A DNA stretch of 63,320 nt, counting the filler, from Octopus bimaculoides (lineage: Eukaryota): assembly GCF_001194135.2 (NCBI RefSeq). It is 7 parts of 6 records of this genome, joined end to end, with 100 filler letters (N's around TTAATTAATTAA, not from the genome) between each part and the next. Parts side by side here need not be neighbours in the genome. Positions count along the whole stretch, not along the records: positions 11,047 to 19,543 come from NC_069005.1; positions 19,644 to 33,257 come from NC_068990.1; 5 more parts are not named here. One strand, 5' to 3'. Shown here piece after piece: positions 12,770 to 24,904 of this stretch (position 1 is the stretch's first letter; each line of letters starts with the position of its first letter). A program made the position numbers and the translations under genes. The notes below the pieces were generated by a model. It ran no database searches and was not told the origin of the DNA. It saw nothing but the letters and a program-made list of their open reading frames with translations.

Positions 12770-13440
12770 AAGATCAGTTGCAATGGGAGGAGCTGAATCT
12801 CGTAAGAATGGAAAAACAAACAACAAATGGGTTGTACGTTATAATGAAACTCTTTTAAGAGCATTTAAATGCCACTGCAACGTTGAAACCATTGCCTCAC
12901 TGAGGTCAATTAAGTACGTCGACAAGTACACACTGAAAGGAAATGACCAAGCTGCTGTTCAAATAAATAATGATAACGGAATAGTCAATATCTAATGGGT
13001 AGGAATATTGGACCACCCGAAGCAGTTGCATCCATTTTAGGACTTTCAATTCATGAAAGAGCATCTGCAATAGTAAGACTGCCAGTTCATCAACCAGGTT
13101 AACTAAGAATATTGCTCTGAAACAACGAGGATATATATAGCTGTCAATGGACGACATATGAGAACAACATCGACAGGATTCTTTTCATTATGCATCAATG
13201 ATGACTTTGCAAATACATTACTTTATGCTGAAGTACCCATGTATTTCACTTGAAACAGTAGTAACAAAGACTGGCAAAGAAGAAAACTTGGAAAAAAGTT
13301 GACGGCCATTTGAACGTTTTCAAAGAAGAAACACTCAGTCATGTTTATGTTGTCGCACCAAAGGCTGTAGAACTGTATTACTTAAGAATTTTATTGCCTG
13401 AAGTTCGAAATAGTATTTTGTCCTTTCCTGCCGCGCATTG
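12770..13440 (+). mobile_element. Helitron Rep-helicase relic
   Basis: NKWVVRYN...FKCHCNVE...SIKYVDKYTLKGND, then frameshifted GRNIGPPEA...IHER..AIVRLPVH, FAxTLLYAEVP.YFT and ELYYLRILL; these follow the Helitron Rep C-terminal motif order. Confidence 0.85.
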
Positions 13441-13589
13441 TCATTTTCAAGTTGGAGAGGTTGTGACTCAGCGGGACACGGCGAGTACATCTAGTATATA
13501 TATAATACTATAATGTAATAGTTACATTTGCATTTTATATATATAGATAATTAAATCATATTTTATGCACTTTATTGTTTTGTTATACG

Positions 13590-13664
13590 TGTGGAGCCCA
13601 GGTCTGTGGGGAAACTATCTTGCACGAAACCGGTCCGTTGCGTAGTAAAGGTTGGGGACCGGTG
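13590..13664 (+). mobile_element. hAT-Charlie-like MITE terminus
   Basis: GAAACCGGTCCG...AAAGGTTGGGGACCGGTG resembles Charlie/MER5-type ends. A similar end lies at about 41315-41390. Confidence 0.55.
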
Positions 13665-13668
13665 CTAT

Positions 13669-13729
<61 letters not shown>

Positions 13730-13752
13730 CAGACAGACTGACNNNNNNNNNN

Positions 13753-13816
<64 letters not shown>

Positions 13817-13861
13817 AGGATATTGTGAGAGAGGGAGGGATACTGAGAGTAACAAATACTA

Positions 13862-14150
13862 GTGTTCATAAACGAGAAGAGATCGCTAGGCAACTGCTCA
13901 ACAACATAAGACAACAGAGTCTGTTCATTGGATGAGATAAGAAGACAAAGCTACGAACACACAGTAATGATATCTGGGAAACTGAAAGAAAGAATGAGCC
14001 TTGGGAGGCAGAGAAAGAGAGGGAGAAGATACTCTATGATCTTAGTAGTTGGCTTCAGACCGACACCATAAGGCACTAACTTGTATAAGGGACAGGAAGG
14101 CATGGAGTTACGTGATCGCACGGAACATGAAAAGGCGACAGATTAAATAA
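13862..14150 (+). mobile_element. RTE LINE 3' relic
   Basis: IRRQSYEHTVMISGKLKERMSLGRQR...LYDLSSWL...DRKAWSYVIA, a degenerate RTE C-terminal GK..G.R.RGR motif. Confidence 0.6.
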
Positions 14151-14351
14151 TTGACGAACAAGCTATTTTTGTAAGGGTGAAGAGATGAGGACGTTTGACC
14201 CTACAGATAAGACAAGCGATCTATCAACTGGGTCAACGAGAAATTGAACGAAAATAAATAAATTGTTTTTAAAAACAATTTGATTATAAAAAGAAAAAAG
14301 AAGAAAATGGTTTCGTATCGCATCAGCTGCAAATAATTTACGTCTATTTTG

Positions 14352-14727
14352 ATATTATTAATGTTGACTTGTGGAATTTAAACAGTTAGATAATGAGATA
14401 TGAGAATTCCATGTAAAAATAGGGGTAGTATCAATTTTCGGTCATTCTGACTAACACTTAGATATCACCAGTCTTATTAGAGATAAGTGTTTAACTATTG
14501 AGATAAACAGAGAGGAAAAGTAAAAGGTAGAAAACAATGACGCTTGAGTTAATAAGATGATTATAGCTTAACCATTCGCTGATCTATCACCACACCACCA
14601 TCACAACAACAACAACAACGACAACGACAAACAACACACTCGCACGCATATATGTATGATATATTGGTCGAGTGATGTAGACGTATTACACACACACACA
14701 CACATACACACACACACACACACACAN
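14352..14727 (+). repeat. Unclassified repeat ending in (CA)n, with an inverted copy at 17453-17795
   Basis: Aligns by eye over about 330 bp to the reverse complement of 17453-17795 at roughly 80% identity with indels. A 40-bp piece recurs at 16067-16106. Confidence 0.8.
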
Positions 14728-15429
14728 NNNNNNNNNNNNNNNNNNNNNNNNNNNNNNNNNNNNNNNNNNNNNNNNNNNNNNNNNNNNNNNNNNNNNNNNN
14801 NNNNNNNNNNNNNNNNNNNNNNNNNNNNNNNNNNNNNNNNNNNNNNNNNNNNNNNNNNNNNNNNNNNNNNNNNNNNNNNNNNNNNNNNNNNNNNNNNNNN
14901 NNNNNNNNNNNNNNNNNNNNNNNNNNNNNNNNNNNNNNNNNNNNNNNNNNNNNNNNNNNNNNNNNNNNNNNNNNNNNNNNNNNNNNNNNNNNNNNNNNNN
15001 NNNNNNNNNNNNNNNNNNNNNNNNNNNNNNNNNNNNNNNNNNNNNNNNNNNNNNNNNNNNNNNNNNNNNNNNNNNNNNNNNNNNNNNNNNNNNNNNNNNN
15101 NNNNNNNNNNNNNNNNNNNNNNNNNNNNNNNNNNNNNNNNNNNNNNNNNNNNNNNNNNNNNNNNNNNNNNNNNNNNNNNNNNNNNNNNNNNNNNNNNNNN
15201 NNNNNNNNNNNNNNNNNNNNNNNNNNNNNNNNNNNNNNNNNNNNNNNNNNNNNNNNNNNNNNNNNNNNNNNNNNNNNNNNNNNNNNNNNNNNNNNNNNNN
15301 NNNNNNNNNNNNNNNNNNNNNNNNNNNNNNNNNNNNNNNNNNNNNNNNNNNNNNNNNNNNNNNNNNNNNNNNNNNNNNNNNNNNNNNNNNNNNNNNNNNN
15401 NNNNNNNNNNNNNNNNNNNNNNNNNNNNN

Positions 15430-15458
<29 letters not shown>

Positions 15459-15463
<5 letters not shown>

Positions 15464-16383
15464 TCCCACAGAAATATGTACATACCTAAAAGATTTCAAT
15501 AAAATTTACATTACTCTGACAATATCGAAGGAAATGAAACGAAATTTATACTGAATAAAATATATTATATATGCAAACATTATACAAATTTGGAACACAA
15601 AACAATAAACACTTTCAAAAATATGAACGAAATATTAATATTCAAATGTTACAAAAATATGTACACCCTAAAACAAATTTGCTATATTCAATATTTTATC
15701 CACTTTCTTTTTTACTGAATTCAGATATTGCTGGTAATTCCAATTCTAATAGATTATTTCTTATTTCTTTATTGCCCACAAGGAGCTAAACATAGAGGGG
15801 ACAAACAAGGACAGACAAACGGATTAAGTCGATTACATCGACTCCAGTGCGTAACTGGTACTTAATTTATCGACCCTGAAAGGATGAAAGGCAAAGTCAA
15901 CCTCGGCGGAATTTGAACTCAGAACGTAATGATTAAAACTGTGGGATGTTTTGAAAAGGAGGGTTGAATAGAAAAAACTCCGCAATGTAACACAGTTGAA
16001 AGACATCATTCATCCTGAATGGAGGTCGATTTCATCGGTTATATGCGGAAATTTAGTCGACTCTATATTATTAATGTAGACTTGTGGAATTTGAACAGTT
16101 AGATAACTTCCTTTACAGTCATTGAAAGCAAGGGCGATCTGATCAAATATTGGATATTGCAAATAACCCTTTAGGGTGTACATATTTTTGTAACGTTGAA
16201 AATTAATATTTCGTTCATATCTTTGAAAATGTTTATTGTTTTGTGTTCCAAATTTGTATAATGTTTGCATATATAATATATTTTATTCAGTATAAATTTC
16301 GTTTCATTTCCTTTGATATTGTCAGAGTAATAGCAATTTTACTGAAAATTTTTAGGGGTGTACATACTTCAGTTGAGACACTG
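15459..16383 (+). mobile_element. Internally deleted Tc1 element with long IR/DR termini
   Basis: Inverted repeats of about 237 bp (15459-15695 and 16146-16383), each with inner and outer DR ATGTACA(T/C)(A/C)CCTAAAA. The interior encodes LWDVLKRRVE...EWRSIS...NLVDS...VIESKGDLIKY. The element sits in (TA)n and has a family B SINE inserted at 15762-15928. Confidence 0.85.
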
Positions 16384-16839
16384 CATATATATNNNNNNNN
16401 NNNNNNNNNNNNNNNNNNNNNNNNNNNNNNNNNNNNNNNNNNNNNNNNNNNNNNNNNNNNNNNNNNNNNNNNNNNNNNNNNNNNNNNNNNNNNNNNNNNN
16501 NNNNNNNNNNNNNNNNNNNNNNNNNNNNNNNNNNNNNNNNNNNNNNNNNNNNNNNNNNNNNNNNNNNNNNNNNNNNNNNNNNNNNNNNNNNNNNNNNNNN
16601 NNNNNNNNNNNNNNNNNNNNNNNNNNNNNNNNNNNCTCTCAATAAATAACTGTATATTCATTCAAAACCAGCTGATTTCTTACTGGCTGTTGGCAATACC
16701 TATTTGCGCGCATTCTGTTAAAATAAATCTGGTCTGAGCAGAAGTCAACAAATGGCGCCCATTTTTGTGATTGGGCAACATTTTCACCGTCATAAATTAT
16801 TAGGCAAATATAATAAAAATGATGACTGTGTCAGAACAA

Positions 16840-17442
16840 ACATTTATTTAATTCAATAGCAAAGGTTTAACAAAAAAAAATTATTGACAAAGGACTTAAT
16901 GGTAAACATAATAATACGTTCGAATGAAAATAATCATGGGATCATACAGCTCCTAATGTTTGACGTATGATCCTCCACATGCAATAACTTCCCTTACGCA
17001 CTGATCCATTGAATTTGTCATGGTGATGATATCTTCTTGAGTCATGCATTGAGCAGCATCTACAATAGCATCCCAGAGGGCAACTTTACTTGAAAATCGC
17101 CTTCCATCTTGGTAAACGCGCCTCTTCAGGACAATCCATAGGTTCTCGGTCAGGTTTAAGTCAGGGGAACAAGGTGGCCATTCCATTAAACGATCTTCAG
17201 AGAAGCATATTTGATGCAAATATTCCTTAGAATTCTTCGCTGCATGAGACGGGGTATTATCTTGCTTGAAGACCAACTTTCTCTTGAATGAAGGTGTTTG
17301 CTTTTTGAACCACGGCTGGAAATTATCCTTTTAGAAGGTAACATGTTTTCGATATCATCTTAAAGCCATCTGGGACTTTCCATGCCCCGACCATCATACT
17401 ACCAACGATGCCAGCCCTAAATATGACTCCACCTCCTCCCTG
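16840..17442 (-). mobile_element. Tc1-like transposase fragment with DD37E spacing
   Basis: QGGGGVI..AGIVG (frameshifted), then QDNTPSH...WPPCSPDLNLTENLW, with 37 residues between D and E. The 5' part is lost in a gap. Confidence 0.85.
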
Positions 17443-17452
17443 NNNNNNNNNN

Positions 17453-17497
<45 letters not shown>

Positions 17498-17790
17498 TAC
17501 GTCTACATCACTTGACCGATATATTATCTCAATATATCATACATATATGTGAGCGAGTACGTTGTTGTTTGTCGTTGTTGGTGTTGTGGTGGAGTGATGA
17601 TAGACCAGCGAATGGTTAAGCTGTCGTCATCTTATTAACTCAAGCGACACTGTTTTCTACCTGTTACTTTTCCGCTCAATTTATCTAAACATTGATAAGA
17701 TTGGTAATGCCTAAGTGTTAACAATGACGACCGCAAATTGACACTAACCCCAATATTTACCTGAAATTCTCATATCTTATCTGACTGTTC

Positions 17791-17837
<47 letters not shown>

Positions 17838-18698
17838 NNNNNNNNNNNNNNNNNNNNNNNNNNNNNNNNNNNNNNNNNNNNNNNNNNNNNNNNNNNNNNN
17901 NNNNNNNNNNNNNNNNNNNNNNNNNNNNNNNNNNNNNNNNNNNNNNNNNNNNNNNNNNNNNNNNNNNNNNNNNNNNNNNNNNNNNNNNNNNNNNNNNNNN
18001 NNNNNNNNNNNNNNNNNNNNNNNNNNNNNNNNNNNNNNNNNNNNNNNNNNNNNNNNNNNNNNNNNNNNNNNNNNNNNNNNNNNNNNNNNNNNNNNNNNNN
18101 NNNNNNNNNNNNNNNNNNNNNNNNNNNNNNNNNNNNNNNNNNNNNNNNNNNNNNNNNNNNNNNNNNNNNNNNNNNNNNNNNNNNNNNNNNNNNNNNNNNN
18201 NNNNNNNNNNNNNNNNNNNNNNNNNNNNNNNNNNNNNNNNNNNNNNNNNNNNNNNNNNNNNNNNNNNNNNNNNNNNNNNNNNNNNNNNNNNNNNNNNNNN
18301 NNNNNNNNNNNNNNNNNNNNNNNNNNNNNNNNNNNNNNNNNNNNNNNNNNNNNNNNNNNNNNNNNNNNNNNNNNNNNNNNNNNNNNNNNNNNNNNNNNNN
18401 NNNNNNNNNNNNNNNNNNNNNNNNNNNNNNNNNNNNNNNNNNNNNNNNNNNNNNNNNNNNNNNNNNNNNNNNNNNNNNNNNNNNNNNNNNNNNNNNNNNN
18501 NNNNNNNNNNNNNNNNNNNNNNNNNNNNNNNNNNNNNNNNNNNNNNNNNNNNNNNNNNNNNNNNNNNNNNNNNNNNNNNNNNNNNNNNNNNNNNNNNNNN
18601 NNNNNNNNNNNNNNNNNNNNNNNNNNNNNNNNNNNNNNNNNNNNNNNNNNNNNNNNNNNNNNNNNNNNNNNNTATATATATATATATATATATATATA

Positions 18699-19211
18699 CA
18701 GAGTGTCCCAAAAGTCACCGATGGGTTTCAATTTTTAATAACTTCCTTTACTTTGCAAATAAATGCTTGAAATTTTGGTACAATATAAAGGATGTGATGG
18801 AAATTAATATGAGCAAGTCAAATTTTGCAACACTACTGCATCACATATGAAAAATGGCATCGCTTAAATGGCAGCCATTTTCGGCTTCACACGTTTGTGC
18901 TCTTTCCAAAACTTGCACCACTTCTCTGATTTCTCTACTGATATTCTCCTTCAGTTGCACCAGGGTTTCCGGTTTGTTGACGTAAACCCTCTTTTTCAGG
19001 TATTCCCACAAGAAAAAATCCGGGTTAGTCAAGTCTGGGGAACGTGAAGGCCAGTTGACATTGCCATAGCGGGAGATTATTCCCTCTCTAAAAGCACTGC
19101 CGTACCAACTGCATTGTTTCTCTTGCAGTATGAGCAGTTGCCCCATCTTGCTGGAACCATGTGTGTGGTCTACTTTGAACTGAACCCATCAGTGACTTTT
19201 GGGACACCCTA
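18699..19211 (-). mobile_element. Non-autonomous mariner (DD41D/rosa-like) deletion derivative
   Basis: TIRs of about 31 bp, CAG(A/G)GTGTCCCAAAAGTCAC(C/T)GATGGGTT, with TA flanks. The interior reads WFQQDGATAHTARE...NWPSRSPDLTNPDFFLW; D-D spacing is about 41 after correcting one frameshift. Confidence 0.88.
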
Positions 19212-19643
19212 TACATGTATACTAGTTGAATTACCGGTGTTGCCCGGGTTACTGCTATTTTTATTCAGATTAGTAAACAATAAATATGATGATATATTTT
19301 TTTTCTCATAATTATTTCAAAATGTCTATATTTTATTTTAAAATATCCAAATTGTAATGATAATAGAATTTCGAACTGAAAATATGTCAATCTTGAAGCA
19401 CCTCAGGGTAAACAATGTTTGTTGTGTAATTTTTTGTTGGTGTCCAAATGAATAAATTGTTGCTGCTTCCAACTTGCAAGCAAGCAACAGAGTTGGCCGT
19501 GGGAGAAGCATGTAGTAGAGAGATGAAGTCCAACTACCTTGAGNNNNNNNNNNNNNNNNNNNNNNNNNNNNNNNNNNNNNNNNNNNNTTAATTAATTAAN
19601 NNNNNNNNNNNNNNNNNNNNNNNNNNNNNNNNNNNNNNNNNNN

Positions 19644-20040
19644 CCTGGAAAGTTTCGGAGATGGATTATTTCCTGGAAAGTTCCGATGCTGGTACTTCCT
19701 GGAAAGTTCCGAAGATGAGCTACTTCTTGGAAAGTTTCTGAGGTGGATTACTTCCTGGAAAGTACCGGATATGAACTTCTTCCTGGAAAGTTATGAGGAT
19801 GGATTACTTCCTGGAAAGTTCCGATGATCGTACTTCCTTGAAAGTTCCGAAGAAGAGCTACTTCCTGGAAATTTCCGAGGATGAGCTACTTTCTGGAAAG
19901 TTCCGATGATCGTACTTCCTTGAAAGTTCCGAAGAAGAGCTACTTCCTGGAAATTTCCGAGGATGGTACTTCCTTGAAATTTCCGAGGATGAGCTACTTT
20001 CTGGAAAGTTTCGAGGGCTTCCTGGAAAGTTTTGAGGATG
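19644..20040 (+). repeat. 26-28 bp minisatellite, about 15 units (consensus ACTTCCTGGAAAGTTCCGAGGATGAGCT)
   Basis: Tandem units are directly visible, with an apparent 82-bp higher-order repeat (26+28+28). The array is cut on the left by a spacer. Confidence 0.92.
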
Positions 20041-20253
20041 GTCTCTCAACCTTATGTTAATTTTTATATGGATACGTTTGGTATAAACCTGTTAAGGGGA
20101 ACATAGGGTGAATATTTAGCGGGAAAGTAAATATATATTAATATACTCTAAATAATATTTAAAAGGTGCAGAGATATATAATAAATAGTAACTTACCATG
20201 TATGTAGCATCATTAATATTGCAGGTAAATTATATTTATAGCTTATTATTATA

Positions 20254-20624
20254 GAGATTAGTAATAAGTAGAAGTTATTAATTGTTAAAATGTTTATCCA
20301 ATAGATTAGATATATATAATAAATATATGCAAAAACCTACATAGTAATTATATATGGAAAAAATTATATAAATATGTAATTGTATGATTAATATATTAAT
20401 ATTAATATTCGTACACAAAAGTACCTATTTCAAAAAGAGTTTGATAAAAAATAGGTACTTTTGTGTATGAATATTAATATTAATATATTAATCATACAGT
20501 TACATATTTATATAATTTTTTCGTATATAATTACTACATAGGTTTTTGCATATATTCACTATATATATTTAATCTATTGGATAAACATTTTAACTCCTAA
20601 TAACTTCTACTTACTACCAATCTC
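20254..20624. repeat. Long AT-rich palindrome (arms about 176 bp, 18-nt loop)
   Basis: 20254-20430 is near-perfectly complementary to 20449-20624, for example CACAAAAGTACCTATTT / AAATAGGTACTTTTGTG. Confidence 0.92.
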
Positions 20625-20810
20625 ACAGAAATTGTCTTGTCTGACAGACATGACTGGGTTTTACTGCTTATGTGGCATGGTGCAGAGTCATGTTGCTAGA
20701 CATAGGGTCTTCCAGCATCCACCCTCTTGATCCAAGGCAGCTCTACTTCCTCCAGGCACTTGATGTAGGCCTCCGTGTTGACTTTGAGGGAAGATGAATG
20801 GAGGCATAAT
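20625..20810 (-). mobile_element. maT/DD37D-like mariner transposase relic
   Basis: MPPFIFP...VNTEAYIKCLEEVELPWIKRVDAGRPYV*QHDSAPCHISSKTQSCLSD, the region of the second catalytic aspartate. Confidence 0.75.
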
Positions 20811-21049
20811 ATTACCATTTGCTCAAGAACACAATGCAATGCCTGGGAATCAAAACCACGATTTCACAATCGTGAGTGCAACATCCTAACCACTAAGCCA
20901 TGGTAAGTACTGGTAAGATCCAAGGACTATGGTACAGGAAGATAGTAAGCTTTGAGTAATCTGCAGAAAGTATAACAAAAAACTTCCCTCCCTTCTATTT
21001 ATGAAACATATGTATCCTAGATTTTATCTACACCATTCCCTAATATAAA

Positions 21050-21068
21050 TAGATAGCTAGATAGATAA

Positions 21069-21117
<49 letters not shown>

Positions 21118-21680
21118 CAGATAGATAGATCGATAAATAGATAGATAGATAGATAGATAGATAGACAGATAGATCGATAGATAGATAGATAGATAGATAG
21201 ATAGACAGATATAAATAAGTATGTATGCATGCCTCTCTTTGTGGGGATATAGGTGTGAGTGTGTGTACAAGTTATAAATCATTATTTATGACAGTGAGAT
21301 AGCCAGATATAAACACTAATAAATTTTCTATGCTTGTAAACACCAATTTACAATAGTAAAAAAACCCAGCAAATACAGTTGAAGCCAATTGTGTTGGCAC
21401 ACTGTAACAACGGACAAGGTATGCTACAATACTCATAATAAACACACTGAGTTTGTTCTTTCTTTTTATCAAATAATGTTTACAGTTGTGGAATATTTAA
21501 TGTTATTTATACATACATACATACATCCATACATGCATAACATATACATTCATATATATGTATGCATGAATGTGTATATGTATGTATGTATGCATGTATA
21601 TATACATGTGTATATTTTTATGTATATGTGTGCGTGTGTATGTACGTATATATGCAGATGTAAATGTGTGTGTATGTGTG

Positions 21681-21772
<92 letters not shown>

Positions 21773-22267
21773 GTGTGTGTGTGTGGACATATATATTTTT
21801 TTCCTTTTACTTTATTGCTATTAATAACGTTCGTATAAAAACATATTATGTACATTTTCTCCTTCATGTGGTCCACTACATTGTTGTTTTGCTAAAGATC
21901 ATTTCGAAATGTCATAAAGAATTCAATTATTAAACTAGAATACAAGAAGGAAAAAAATATATATATATTTCATTGATTTTAAATTCAGGAAGTTTGTATA
22001 AATAGAAAAATTGAGACCATTCTTTCATTGCATGAAGTCTTTTACTCATTTTTTGATATTGTTTAATATAGTGTAATTTACAAATGTATCTATCTATCTA
22101 GCTAGCTATATATCTACCTATCTGTCTATCTATATATCTCTCTGTCTATCTGTCTATCTATCTATCCATCTGATTGTCTGCCTGCCTGACTGCCTGTCTG
22201 TCTGTCTGCCTGTCTATCTGTTTGTCTGTCATATATGAATGTATGTCTGTATTTGTCTATCTGCTTG

Positions 22268-22328
<61 letters not shown>

Positions 22329-22403
22329 GTACATACGTATGTACCTACCTACCTGTTTGTCTGTCTATCTATCTATCTATCTATCTATCTTTTCTTTTCT
22401 CAC

Positions 22404-22447
<44 letters not shown>

Positions 22448-23153
22448 TGCACATATATGTATCTGTGTGTGTAGGGTATATGTGTCTGTGTATATACATA
22501 TATGCATGTGCATGATTGTGTATATATGTATATGTATATACATATATATATACATACATGCATATACATATATATGTATGTATGTATATATATATGTATA
22601 AATATGTATGTATATACATGAATCTTCATATGTGTGTGCATGTACTTTTGTATATTTGTGTTTACCTTTACATGCATATAAATGCATTTATTTATACATT
22701 GAGTGTGTGTTTTTTGTCTTTGTTTTTTCTTTATTTTTGTAGTATTTTGACTAACGTCCATCAAAACTTTTTACAATGTTTCCTAATTAAACACTGGAAG
22801 GAAGGAATGTTTGAAATAAATCAATAAAGCCACTCATATCTTTGGTAATTCTTCCCCCAGTTCTTCAAACCTGACCCACTCCTAACTTTGATAATAATTT
22901 ACTCACATCATCAGCATTAACATTCTGTCTCATTGTAGACTTTCAGAAGCAATCAATTCCATTTTAATGTTTTTCTTCCTAGTTTACATTTTTCATTTTT
23001 TTGTTTTTTTGTTATGTATGGTTTTTAACTTTCCCGTCTCTGTTGATGTTGCCAAAATTCTGTTTTGAATTTGTTCTTTGCTTTCACGAAAGTGTCTTCA
23101 AGATTTCTCTGTTTTGTTTTTCATTTCTTTCTGTTTTTATTTTGTATTTTAAA

Positions 23154-23192
<39 letters not shown>

Positions 23193-24400
23193 NNNNNNNN
23201 NNNNNNNNNNNNNNNNNNNNNNNNNNNNNNNNNNNNNNNNNNNNNNNNNNNNNNNNNNNNNNNNNNNNNNNNNNNNNNNNNNNNNNNNNNNNNNNNNNNN
23301 NNNNNNNNNNNNNNNNNNNNNNNNNNNNNNNNNNNNNNNNNNNNNNNNNNNNNNNNNNNNNNNNNNNNNNNNNNNNNNNNNNNNNNNNNNNNNNACATAT
23401 GCATATATGCATGTACACATGTATGTATATATGAATATATGTATATATATATGTGTGTGTGTGTATAATATATCTCTATATATATATATTTATATATATA
23501 TACATATGCATATATGCATGTACACATGTATGTATATATGAATATATGTATATATATATGTGTGTGTGTGTATAATATATCTATATGTATGTATTTTATA
23601 TAAGTGTGTGAGTATGTGTGTGTGTGTGTGTGTGTGTGTGTAGTTTCTATATTTTTTTTATTCCTTTTTTTAATTTTCAAATTCACTTTTTTTGCATTCG
23701 CATTTTCGTTTTCGATAATTTCAAAATAGATAATTAACATGAACTTGATGCAGAAATATTGGAAAAAATATATATGCACATGCATGTGTGCATGTGTCTG
23801 TCTGTGTGTGTGTGTATAAATGTATGTGGAGATAGATGTTCTGCAAGTATAGTTGTTAGGATAAAAAGTGACTGGAGAAAATTCAGAGGGCTTTTACTTC
23901 TGTAAGTAACAAAAAGCCTTTCTGCCAGAGTCAGAGGCAGATTGTTATGATGCTTGTTTGTGGATGGAAAGACTGCATGTGAATGCAAAGGACATGCAAT
24001 GACTAGAAAGAAATGAAGCTGCTATGCATCACTAGATGTGCAACATCAGTATGCGTGTATGAGAAAGTGCAAATCTGTTGAAAGATTAATTGGGCAAAAG
24101 AGGAATGAAATGAAGTGTGCAAGAGAAAAGACACTGTTGATATGGTGTGTGTGTGTGTGTCTGTGTGTGTGTGTGTGTGCACGTGCGTGTGCATGTGTGT
24201 GCGTGTGTGCTTGTGTGTACATGTGTGTGTGTGTTTGTGTGTGCATGTGTGTGCATGTGTGTATTCATGTGTGTGTGTGTGTACACATGTGTGCAAACAT
24301 GTGTTTGTGTGCATGTCTGTGCATATATGTTTATGTCGATGTGTGCTTGTGTGCATGTGTGTGTGTGTGTGAGTGTGTATGTGTGTGTATTTTGCATGAT
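21050..24400. repeat. Compound microsatellite field (GATA, TA, CA, TATC, TG), including a 107-bp tandem duplication at 23395-23590
   Basis: Directly visible; it is the source of the HT/YI/CV-rich spurious ORFs. Confidence 0.9.
23865..24105 (+). mobile_element. RTE LINE relic
   Basis: Degenerate WRKFR.LL.L.VTK.L..RVRGRLYDAC...ERNEAAM..MCN. Confidence 0.6.
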
Positions 24401-24631
24401 TTCTCACAATGCTAAGATGAAAATGAGCACCACATATAGAACAAGTCTCAAACTCTAGCAAATCTTGCCAGTATGGAAATTGAACATTTAAATATCATCA
24501 GTCTCATCTTGATTATTTTTAATCTTATCATTATCCTCACCATCAGCATCACCATCATTATTATCATATTTTAGATATCATCATTATCAGCATCATCATT
24601 GCCAGTCTGACAATAATCAACAGTTACCACA

Positions 24632-24810
24632 CCGGGCGAAATGCTTAGCAATATTTTGTCTCATTCTGAGTTCAAATTCCACCAAAGTCGACTTTGTCTT
24701 TCATCCCTCCAGGGTCGATAAATAAAGTACTAGTTGTGTACTAGCGTCGATCTAATCAACTGGCCCCCTCCCTCAAAATTTCGGGCCTTGTGTCTAGAGT
24801 AGAAAAGAAT
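24632..24810 (+). mobile_element. Family B SINE (decayed)
   Basis: Homologous to 39271-39490. Further decayed copies lie at about 25452-25610, 25618-25830 and 32413-32635. Confidence 0.75.
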
Positions 24811-24904
24811 AATCAACAGTTACTCTCTATATGATATGTCATGTGTCATATCGTGTCATATCATATGAAGAAATAAATCAATTTCCACCACTCAGATGCC
24901 TTGG

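Noticed and set aside
19644-20040. CRISPR-like array (conserved core plus variable segments)
   Set aside because: The variable parts are only 10-12 nt and are related to each other, there are no cas genes, and the context is eukaryotic. It is a minisatellite.
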